Below, piece by piece: positions 54,399 to 64,000 of a DNA stretch of 64,000 nt (positions within the stretch are counted from its first letter, which is position 1; each line of letters begins with the position of its first letter). A program made the translations under genes and the position numbers. The notes beneath the pieces were generated by a model. The model did no database searches. It was not told the origin of the DNA and worked only from the letters and a program-made list of their open reading frames with translations. This DNA comes from Cyanophora paradoxa CCMP329 (lineage: Eukaryota > Plantae > Glaucophyta), in assembly GCA_004431415.1 (NCBI GenBank), contig QPMI01000132.1, positions 1-64,000 on the forward strand, read 5' to 3'.

Positions 54399-57300
54399 CT
54401 AGTCGGCGAGCTGCCTGCGGAGAAGGGGCAGGCCGGGCTCCGAGCCGCTCTTCTTCAGCCGCCGCGCCCTCAGCTTCGCCGAGCGCGCCGCCGACTGCTG
54501 CACCTGCGCCCCGCCCCGCCTCGCCCCGCGTCGCGCGACGGCCGGGAGCGGGGAGGGGGCGCCGGGCGGCGCACGTCCTCGCGGGTGGGAGGCGGGCGGA
54601 AGACCGGCGCGAGCTTCAGGCGGAGGCCCTTCGCCATCTGCGCGCGCCCCGGCTCAGGGCGCGCGAGGGGCGGGGGTCTGGGCCGCCGGGGCGCGCGTTG
54701 CAGTTCCAAAGGGCGATGCGCGTGCGCGGGTTCTCCGGCGCGTGCAGCGCCGCCAGCGCCTTGTGCGCTGCGCCGGCCCGACGCCTCAGCGGGGCGGGGT
54801 GGGGGCGGGGGCGGGGCCGGGGGGCGGGGCGGGCCGCGGGTGAAGTAGTCGAGGGCCTGGAGGATGCGGCCCTGCATGAGCTCGCAGGCGCCGACGTTGT
54901 TCAGCAGCGCCGCCGTCTGCACGTGCCGCCCCCCGTGCACCTCCTCCCGGATCTGCAGCGCCTGCGAGCGGGAGGAAGGGGGGCGCTCAGCCGGAGGGGC
55001 GGCGGGGCGGGGCCGGGGCCGGGGCGGGGCGGGCCTGCTCGAACTCGACGGCGGCGTCCTCGAAGAGGCCCTTGTGGAAGGCGACGGAGCCCATCATCGC
55101 GAACCTGGCCCCGCGTCGCCCGCCTCGCCGGGGCGCGGGGCGGGCCGGGGCGGGCGGACGTGGTGGCGAGCTGGGCGTCGCGGCGCCAGTCGGGGGAGGA
55201 CTTGACGCCCACCAGGCGCGCCACCTGCCAGAGGGTCACACGCCGCGGGTCCGGGGCCGGGGCCGGGCGGGGCCGGGGCCGGGCCTGGAGGGCCTCGTAG
55301 GCGGCGTCGAACTGGTCGGCGGCCGTGTGCGCCGCCGCCTGCGCCTGCAGCAGGTACACCTGCGCCGCCAGCGGCAGCGCGCTCTGCCCCGGCCCCGCCT
55401 CACGCGAGGGCGGCGCGGGGGGTAGGGAGGGGCGGCACGGTGAGCGAGGGGACGTCGGGGGCGCCGCCGCGGGAGAGGGGGCCGCGGCGGAGGAAGGACT
55501 TGAGGATGGCCTCGGGGGGCGCCCGCCGCGCCCCGCCGGCCCGCAGCAGCCGCGCCTCCCACTCCTCCCGCGCCCGCCCCAGCACCTCCACCGCCGCCTG
55601 CCGCCGCTCGGCCGGCGCAGAGGGGGCGGGGGGGCCGGGGGGCGCACGAGGGGCTGGCCGGAGTGGAGGAGCTCGGAGGAGGCGTGGAGGGCGTTCTCGA
55701 CGCGGGCGGAGGGGGCCGGCGGGGCGGCGAGGACCTCCTCGATCAGCCGCGGCACCGCCACGTCCCGCGTCGCCCCGTCCGGGCACCGCTGCCCCCGCCC
55801 CGCCGTCACGCCCCGGCGGGGAGAGGGCAGGGCAAGGGGCGGCGCGGGCGCCTTGGCGACGTTCGCCCACTTGACGTGCCAGTACTCCTCCTCCAGGGGG
55901 GGCGGCCCGTCCCACCCCTCCCCCTCCTCGTCCACTGGCCCCGGGCCCCTCAGCCGCGCGGGGAGGGGCCGCTGGGAGCAGGGCCGCACGGCGGGCGTGC
56001 TTGGGTGGCAGGCGCCACTCGACGAAGGTGTGCCGCTTGTACGGCGTCTGGAGGTACCCGAAGAAGTCGTACAGCTGGCGGTGCCGCGTCAGGAAGGAGG
56101 GGGGGGGAGAAGGGCGGGGCGCGCGCCTTGTCGAAGAGGGTGTCGTCGGCGGGGGCGGCGCCGTCGGGCCCGGGCTCCCGCCGGAACATGAGCAGCGCCA
56201 GCCGGCACAGGGCCTGCGCGCCCCGCCGGCCCCGCCCCGCTCGCAGGAGGGCGGGGGTCGGGCGCGCGGGGCGGGGCCCCGGCGGGTGCGCGCCTCCCTG
56301 AACTCGGCGGCGTCGATGTTCACGTCGTCGTTGTCGTTCGCTGCCGCGGGGCGTCGGGAACGGGGGCGAGGGGCGCGGGCCGGGCCGCACTGCTCCGAAA
56401 GATGCGGGTGAGCTCGGAGAGGGTCGCGAAGGTGGGGAAGATCCTGCCCCCGGCCCCCGCTCGAGCCGCCCGGGGCGCCCGGGGAGGGGCGGGGCGGGCG
56501 CGCCCGAACTGGCGCGTGAAGGTGATGAAGAGGTCGAGGTTCAGCTGCCGCTTGATCTTGCCCCCGGCCGCCTCCTGCGCCTTCTTGCTGTTCCGCTTGT
56601 CCTGCCCGCCCCGCCCCTCGCCACGCGAACGAGCGAGGGGACGGTGGAGGGGGGACGGGGCAGCGCGAGGGGCGCTGGAGTAGTCGGGGCGGGGGCCGGG
56701 GGGGCGGGCCTGCATGGCGTAGTGGACGAATAGGCGCTGGACGTGCTCCGCCGCGTGCCGCAGCAGGCCCTCCACCTGCCCCGGCCCTCAGCGGCCTGCC
56801 GCGCCGCGGGGCGGGGCGGGGGGTGGCGGGCCTTGGGGTCGCGCATCTGCTCCTTGATGGGGTCGAGCGCCTTCTCCCGCTTGCCCCAGCGCAGCACGTG
56901 GCCCTCCACCACACGCTCCACCGCCTCCTCCACCGTCTCCGGCCCCGCGCCCCCCGCCCCCGCCCCCGCCGCCCCCGGGGCCCCGCCCCCCGCGCCGGCC
57001 GCCTCCGCCTCCTCCGGCCACGCCCCCGCCGCCTCGGGCCCCGCCGCCTGCTCGCCCCCTCGGGGGCCGCCTCGGCGCCCGCCCTCTCCCCCGCCTCGTC
57101 CGGGCGCCGGCCTCTGCCTCTGCCTCGGCGTCGGCGTCGGCGTCGTCGCCGGGCTCGGGGTCGGTGAGGATGGCGGTGCGGGCCGTGGGCGCCCCCGCCC
57201 GCTCCGCGCCGTCGCCAGCGGGCGGGCCGGCAGCCGCCCCCGCTTGAGCAGCGCCAGCGCCACGAGGGCGACCTGGAACTGGCGGAAGTCGAGGCCGTCG

Positions 57301-58261
57301 TCCGCCGCTGCGGCGTGTGAGGCGGCGGGGGCGGGGCCGGCGGGCAGCGACGCCGGGGCGCACCGCCGACGAGCTTGAGGAGCTTGCGGAAGAAGATGTC
57401 GATGCCGACCTGCCCGCCCCGCCCGCCTCGCCGGGCGCCCCCCGGCGGCCGAGGCGGGGGGGCGCGGGGGCGGGCCTGGGGCAGGGCGGAGTCGTACAGT
57501 TGGCAGTCGCGGAGCATGCGGGTGAAGCCGGGCATCGGCATGCTCGTGAAGCGGCCCTGCGCCCCCGTCAGGCCCCCGCGCACCCCGGGCCTCGGGGCGC
57601 CCGGCGGGGCCGGGCCTTCTGGGCGGAGGCGCAGTAGTAGGCGAAGACGAGGGCGAGCTCGTCGCCCCGCTCGAGCCGCTCCAGCGCCCCCAGCCGCCCC
57701 CGCGCCTCCTCCACCAGCTCCCCTGCCCCCGCCCCCTCAGCACCCCGCCCGCCCCCCGCCGGCCCTCGCGCGGGCGGGGGCGGCACCGGTGAGCGTCGGG
57801 CCCTCGGAGGCCGGCCTGGGCGGGGCGCGGTGCGCGGCGATGACGGCGAGGCCGGCCCCCTGGAAGTGCACCTTGGCGTTGCCCAGGATGCTCGCCCGCC
57901 GCGGCCCCTCGCCCCCCGGCCCCTCCAGCCCGCCCGACGGCAGCGCGATCGACGCCGGCGCCGTCGCGCTTGCCCGCAGGTTCAGCGGCTGACTGGCCTC
58001 GCCTATCGCGGAGGCCCGCCGGCTGTTCCGCCTTATCCACGTCGCTGCCGCAGGCTTAGCTAACCGGGCGCCCCGCGCGCGCGGCGTCGTACCGGCGTTC
58101 CCGGCGGCCTGCTGGAGGTTGGGGGTGCTCTGGATGGTGGGGTGGGGCCCCAGCGCGCTGCCCCGCCGGCTCGTCCTCCCGCGCGTCGGCGAAGTCGAAG
58201 ACGGCAGCGACGCGGTGCTCGCGAGCTGCGAGGGCGCCCTGTCCTCGCCCTCGCCCTCCAT
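54399..58261 (-). CDS. Intron-rich gene: EF-hand/p25-alpha-like domains plus C-terminal TPR repeats
   Basis: FTRMLRDCQL...IDIFF...GLDFRQFQVAL; NIDAAEFRE-ALCRLA; ALQIREEVHGGRHVQTAALLNNVG (kinesin-light-chain-type TPR). Confidence 0.65.
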
Positions 58262-58782
58262 CGCCCCGCGCGCGCCTCGAGCGCGCCTGTGGCCCGCTTG
58301 GCTGGCTCGCCTAGCTTGTAGGCTGGCCTAGCTCGACCCCAAACGTTCCCTTGCCATTCCAGGCCCCCGCGGGTCTCTGGGCCTCGCAGAGCTGATCAGA
58401 AGATTCTGCAGGGCTAGGATAGTGGCCCGGTAACTGCTCAGTGTCTTGCTGGAAGCGGTTCGCCGAGTCGCGGCATAAGGGCTCTGCGGCTGCTATAAGT
58501 GACGTCTCAAAAGACGGTTGCTACCACCAGAATGGCTGCTGCTGCGCTGCGCTCTCTTTTCCTTGCTGAGCCACTTCGAAACCCGAGCGAGCCCATTTCG
58601 TGCGGCAAGGGTACAGGCGCTCTGGTTGCGTGGACGGTGTTAGCCGGCTTCTCGGATCGTTGAAAACGCCCCAATACGTACAAGCAAGGCGGCCGCATTC
58701 ATAGGAGCGCAGCTGCGGGCCCGAGCGGCCCAACAGCGGCCACTGCGCCAGAGCGGTAACCGCCACCGCGAGGCAAGCTGCA

Positions 58783-61666
58783 ATGGAGGCCGGCGCGACG
58801 CTGCAGCTAGCCTCGGTTCTGGCGAGCCAGCAGAGCGCGCTCGCCGTGCTCCAGCAGAACGCGCTCGCCCAGGTCCAGGCAGCGCTAGAGCACGCCCGAG
58901 CGCTCGGCAGCTTGCAGCCGGGCGACGATCCGCCGCCGCCGTCGCATGCAGAGGAGTACTACATAGAGGAGGAGGAGGAAGAAGAGGAGGAGGAGCTGCC
59001 TCGCCAGCGGGCGCCGACGCAGGCGCGACGGGTCGCCCGGCACAGCCCGGTGTGCCTGGCGGCGACGCCGCCGTGCACGCTGCCGGACACAGTGCCGACC
59101 TCGTGGGATGAAGCCTGCGGGCTCCTGGAAGCGTTCGCGAGCGCCCGGGGGTTCCTCCCGGGCGACCCTCCCCCCGAAGGGTGCGCACCGCCGCTGGCCC
59201 CGCGCGCGAGCGAGGCCGACCGGCGACGCGCAGGGCGCCGCCGGTGGAATACGAGCACTCGGCGCTGGCTGATCGAATATACGCATCCGAGGAGATCGAG
59301 TCGGCGCTGGCGGCGTTCGTCGCGGACCAGCGGCGGCGGCGGGCGGCCTACATGCTCCCGCGGCCTCTCGCGCAGCGGCTTGAGCAGATCCCAAACTGGA
59401 GGCGCGCCCCCGCCGCCCCGCGCTGTCTCCCGCCCCCGCCTCGCCCCGCCCCAACGGTGCGCGGGTGCAGCTGGGAGGCGAGGGCCGGGGTGGCGCCGCC
59501 GCCCCCGCCGGCCTGGGTGGAGGAGTGCGAGGCGGACTGGTCCGAATGGGACCGCCAGTTCAGGCGCGCCCCGGCCCCGCCCCGCCGCCGCCCCGCCCCG
59601 CCGCCGCCCCGCCTCGCCCCGCACGCCCGAGCCGCCTTCCCGCCCCGCAGCCTGCTGGAGGCGTACGTCTCGCGACTGGGCACCTTCCCCAAGCTGTGCG
59701 CCGGCCTCCCCGGCCCCCGGGGCGGAACGGGGCGAGGCCGACGGGGCGGGGCGGGGCGGGGCGCAGGAAGAAGGCGAGGCAGGAGGAGCTGAGGGCGCAG
59801 CCGGAGCTGGCGGAGAGCCGGGCGCACGCCTTCGCGGAGGCGCAGAAGGAGGCGCAGCGCGAGGGGCGCCTCCCGCAGCCCCTCTGCGACGCCCTCGAGC
59901 GCCTCCCCGGCTGGAGGCGCGCCCCCCCGCACCCCGCCCCGCCCCGCCCCGCCCTCAGCTGGCGAGCGGCGGGGGCAGCTGGCCGGTGGTGGCGTGGGGG
60001 CAGTGGAAGAACCAGGCCGCCGCGCTGCGCTCCTGGATCGAGCGCGAGGGGCGCATGCCCTCCAGGCCCGCCCTCCCCCCCGCCCAGCCCCGCCCTGGCC
60101 TCGCCCGGCGCGCCCGCTGAAACGAGGCGCGACGCAGGAGCAAGCACAGCGACGCGCAGGAGAACAAGTGGGCCGAGTTCGTGAAGAACGCGCAGGTACC
60201 CCCCTTTGATCCTCCGCCCGCCCCCCGCCCCGCCCCGGGCGACGCGGGGGGCGGGCAGTACAAGTACAAGAAGGGGCAGCTGGACGGGAAGAAGGTGGCG
60301 GCCCTGGAGGCGATCCCGGGCTGGTCGTGGACGCCCCGCCGCACCATCGGCTACATCCGCGACGACGAGGCGCGCCCCCGCCCGCCCCGCCCCCCGCCCC
60401 GCCCCTGAGCGCGCGCGGGGGCCCGCAGTTCATGGAGCGGCTGGCCGAGATCGCGCGGCTGCTGGAGACCGAGAACCGGTACCCCTCCCACAAGGACCAG
60501 CGCGCCCTCGCCATCTGGCTCTACGACCGCAAGTCGGAGTACCGAAGGCGCGGCGGGGGCGCAGCGGGGGCGGGGGCGCAGGCCTGAGGGTGCGGGGGCA
60601 GGGGCGAGCTCTCGGAGGAGCGAATACGGGCGCTGGAGGCGCTGCCGGGGTGGAGCTGGGGGGTGCCGCGCCCCCCCAAGGCCCCCTCGCCGGAGGAGTT
60701 CCTCGAGAAGGCCGCGGAGGTCGCCGCCTGGGTCCTCGAGCGCGGCGAGCCGCACGCCCCGCCCCGCCGCAACGACAAGGGCGGCATCTGGGTCATCACC
60801 GCCCGCTCCCTCTACGCCTCCGGTGCCCGCCCCGCGCCCCCGGCGCGCGAGCGGCGCCGACGCGGCGGGGCGGCGCGGGGCGCAGGGCAGCTGACGGCGG
60901 AGATGGTGGAGGCGGCGGAGCGCATCCCGGGCTGGAGCTGGCGCCCCGAGCGCGCGCACGGCTCTGGCCGGCGCGCCGCCGCCGAGTCGCCGGCCGCGGG
61001 GGCCTCCTCGGGCGACGAGGCGCTGGCCGGGGCGCCGGCGGCCAAGCGGCGGCGGGGGGTGCGGGGCCGGGGCCCCTGCCGGGCGTCTCGGCCTCGTCGC
61101 AGCGCTCGGCCTTCACCGCCTCCTTCTATTCGTTCCTCACGGGGGAGGCCATCCCGGGGCTCGGGCCCCGCGACCCCCTCCGCGGCCTCTCGCCCCCGCC
61201 CTCCCCGCGCCCCGACCCGGGCCCCGGCCAGGACCCCCACGAGCCCGACCCCGGCCCCCGCCGCCCCTCCTCGCCCGCCCCAGCGCCGCCCTGCCACCCC
61301 CACCCCGCCCCGCCCCGCCCCCGCCGCCCCGGCTGCCGCCGCGGGCCGCGCGGCTGGCGGCGCCGCCCTCCGACGACGACTTCGACTCGGAGCTCATCGC
61401 CGCCGCGGAGGCCGGCGCGGCTAGCGAAGCGGCGGCGGCGGCGGCGGCGGCGGCGGGCGGCGGGGGCGCGGGGGCAGGGAGGAGGGGCACCCCCCGGGCT
61501 CCGCGTGGGCCCGCCGAGCGCGGCGGGGGCGAGCGGGCCGGCGGCGTCGCCGGTGCCGTCGCCGGGGCCGGAGGGGAGCGGGGCGCAGCAGCTGGCGGCG
61601 GCGCTGGCGGTCGTCCAGCAGCTGGACCTGCAGGCCCAGCTCGCCCTCGCCGCCGTCCACGCCCAG

Positions 61667-61705
<39 letters not shown>

Positions 61706-62065
61706 ACGCCGGCGGGGGCGCAGGCGGCGGGGCAGTACGAGCAGCTGCAGGGGGCGTTCGAGCAGCTGCAGGCGCGGCGGCGGGCGCTGCAGCAGGCGGC
61801 GGCGGCCATCGCGGGGCAGCTGCCGCCCGAGGCCCTCGCCGCCGTCCACGTCGCGCTCCAGCTGCAGGCCGCCGCGCAGGCGGCGCAGGCCGGCGGGGCG
61901 GCGGGGCGGGCATGGCGGGGCCCTCGGAGGAGGCGGCGGCACGGCAGCTCGCGGCGGCGGGGCTCCCGGGCCTCCTCCCCTTCCTCCAGGGGGGCCCGCC
62001 ACTCGGCCCTGGCCCCGCCCCCGTCTCCCTGTACAGCGCACCACCCTCCTGAAATCGAGCACTAG
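58783..62065 (+). CDS. Intron-rich gene with ~5 helicase-associated (HA)-like repeats
   Basis: Repeats ending GQLDGKKVAALEAIPGWSW, GELSEERIRALEALPGWSW, GQLTAEMVEAAERIPGWSW and GRLPQPLCDALERLPGW. Confidence 0.75.
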
Positions 62066-62751
62066 TACTCCTTCCGGCTCGATATCACGATTCACGAGTC
62101 ACGATCGCGATCACGTCCGGCCGCGGGACGGTACCCGGTCCGGCGCGCGCCGCGGCCGGCGCGCGAGCTCGAGCAGCTGCGCACAGTGCGCAGTGCGCAT
62201 GCGGCCTGCTGCCTGCACTGCGCCCTGCGCATGCAGCTCGAGCTCCGCGGCGCCGGGCCCCGCCGCCGGCGCGGCCGGCCGCTTCGGCGTCGATGTCGAC
62301 GTCGGATACGCGGCTGTAAAGCGCATTCTGATTCGTCCGACACCACGTGCAATTTGAACCATCCCATGCGGCTTCGAATCTTGGGAGGGCCAGTTTCGTA
62401 CTTGAGGACGCTGAACTTCTGCGCGCGCTCCGCCGCGCTGACGTACGCGTCGATCGGATGCGTGACTGCGTGACAGCACCTCCGATCCTGTTGGCGGTGC
62501 GCATGCCAGCGGTGCGCTTATATATACAGCTATACTATGATAGCAGACCTTCGAGATTCGCGCTGCAAATTGAAGTTGCAATGTCCGGACCGCAACAAGC
62601 CGCTTCATAGCAGCAAAGCGCAGCAACGGCGCTCATCAGCGTCGAAGAACGCACGCGGGGTCGGCGGAATTCGGAAACCGGTTAACGTTAACGTTGTTGA
62701 CGGAGCTCGAGCGAGGGATCTCGGGAATTCCGAAAACGCGACCGCGCTGCG

Positions 62752-64000
62752 ATGACTGCGGCCGAGGCCGTCGGCGATGAGCGCGAGGCGGCGGCTGCCG
62801 GCGCTTCTGTGACGCTCGAGCGGTCGCCGCTGACCGCCCCCGCGGCCGCCGTGCCGCGCGCCCACCCGTGCGCTGACACGTGTACGCGGCGCAGGCTGCT
62901 GGAGCGGCGGGGGCGGCTGGACCCCGCGACGGTGCTCGACATCGCTGTGGCGCTGGCGCGGCTCGCGCACGCGCGGCACCGCGCGGGGGAGCTGCTGAGC
63001 GGGCCCCTGCACCCGCGATGCGTGCGCGTCGAGCTCCGCGGCGGCGAGACGAGCGTGGAGCTGGAGGCGCCCGCCGCCGACCCGCCGCCCCTCGAGGCGG
63101 CCGCCTTCTCCGCCCCCGAGCTCACCGGCCGCATGGACCCCTCCGCCGGTGCCCCCCCCCCCCCGGCCGACCCCGCCCCGCCCCCGCGTCACGCCGTTCG
63201 CCGCAGTCATCGACGAGCGGACGGACCTGTACCGAATCGGCGTGCTGCTATACACCGCCCTCGCCGGCTCCCCTCCCTTTTCGGGGGGTGCCCTCATCGA
63301 GATGGTCCACGCCCACCTCGCCAAGCGGTGACCCCTCCGCCCCGCGCGCGCGCTCGCGCGCTCCCCTCCTCCGCCCTCCCCTCCCTCGAGGCTCGCCCCG
63401 CAGGCCTCCGCCGCTGCGGGCAGCCCCGCGCGCCCTCGAGGCGATCGTCGACGTGCGCGTACCCCCGTCTCTCACCGCCCCCCCGCCCACGCTCTCGCCG
63501 CAGCGGCTGCTGGAGAAGAGCCCCGCGGCTCGCTACCAGTCCGCCTTTGGCCTCCTCCACGACCTGCTCCGGTACGCCCCCCCCCCCCCCCCTCCCCCTG
63601 GAACCCTCCCCCCTCCTTCTCGCGAGCGCCGGGGGGCAGGTGCCGGCGGCTGCTGCGGGAGGGCGGGGGGGAGGCGGTGCCCTTCGCGCTGGGCGAGCGG
63701 GACCGGAGCGGGCGCCCCGACCTGAGCGACGCGCTGCACGGGCGCGCCGCCGAGCTCGCCGCCGCCCTCGCCGCCATCCGCCGCGCCAAGGCCCGCCCCG
63801 CCCCCGCCCCCTTTCCCCAGCGCCGCCCCTGACGCCCCCGCAGGCCACCGGGACCCCCTGCGTCATCCTCATCAGCGGGCCCCCGTGCGTGCCGCCCTCG
63901 CCGGCAAGCGCGCCGGCCCGGAGCGAGGCGGCGGACGGGCGGGGCCAGGGGCGCTGGCAAGACGTTCCTTGCGCGCGAGATCGGGCGCCGTGCGGTGGCG
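62752..64000 (+). CDS. N-terminus of Ser/Thr-kinase-like + AAA/STAND ATPase sensor protein (runs off window)
   Basis: SAPELTGRM..IDERTDLYRIGVLLY...MVHAHLA...LLEKSPAARYQSAFGLLHDL; LHGRAAEL; ILISGP-GAGKT Walker A. Confidence 0.85.
   Translation, partial: MTAAEAVGDEREAAAAGASVTLERSPLTAPAAAVPRAHPCADTCTRRRLLERRGRLDPATVLDIAVALARLAHARHRAGELLSGPLHPRCVRVELRGGETSVELEAPAADPPPLEAAAFSAPELTGRMDPSAGAPPPPADPAPPPRHAVRRSHRRADGPVPNRRAAIHRPRRLPSLFGGCPHRDGPRPPRQAVTPPPRARARALPSSALPSLEARPAGLRRCGQPRAPSRRSSTCAYPRLSPPPRPRSRRSGCWRRAPRLATSPPLASSTTCSGTPPPPPLPLEPSPLLLASAGGQVPAAAAGGRGGGGALRAGRAGPERAPRPERRAARARRRARRRPRRHPPRQGPPRPRPLSPAPPLTPPQATGTPCVILISGPPCVPPSPASAPARSEAADGRGQGRWQDVPCARDRAPCGG

Overview
GC-rich eukaryotic genomic DNA. 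The many tiny, extremely GC-rich introns suggest an alga; a glaucophyte such as Cyanophora is a guess, not verified. About two thirds of the window is unusually large Ty3/gypsy-type LTR retrotransposons. Element A (+, 1..~17213) lacks its 5' end in the window. Element B (-, 30037..53248) is complete, with 283-bp LTRs and TSD CGGCC. B carries two nested insertions: a gag-only relative, element C (+, 33596..39230; 300-bp LTRs; TSD GCGAT), and a 603-bp TRIM (+, 48516..49118; 144-bp LTRs with a tRNA-like A/B-box unit; TSD GTGG). A and B each encode about 6-8 kb of unrecognised protein between gag and protease, and parts of it are colinear and similar between them. B and C both carry triplicated sequences complementary to their primer-binding site just upstream of the PPT, and C also has an internal array of PPT copies. 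Non-coding repeats with a multi-hairpin/oligo-T end or a terminal GC hairpin lie at ~17.2-19.1 kb and ~24.5-26.1 kb. Host genes are a hybrid histidine kinase fragment, a five-repeat AP2-like protein, an EF-hand-like/TPR protein, a helicase-associated-repeat protein and the start of a kinase-like/AAA-ATPase sensor. Many frameshifts are probably assembly indels. All homology calls are by eye; no searches were run.
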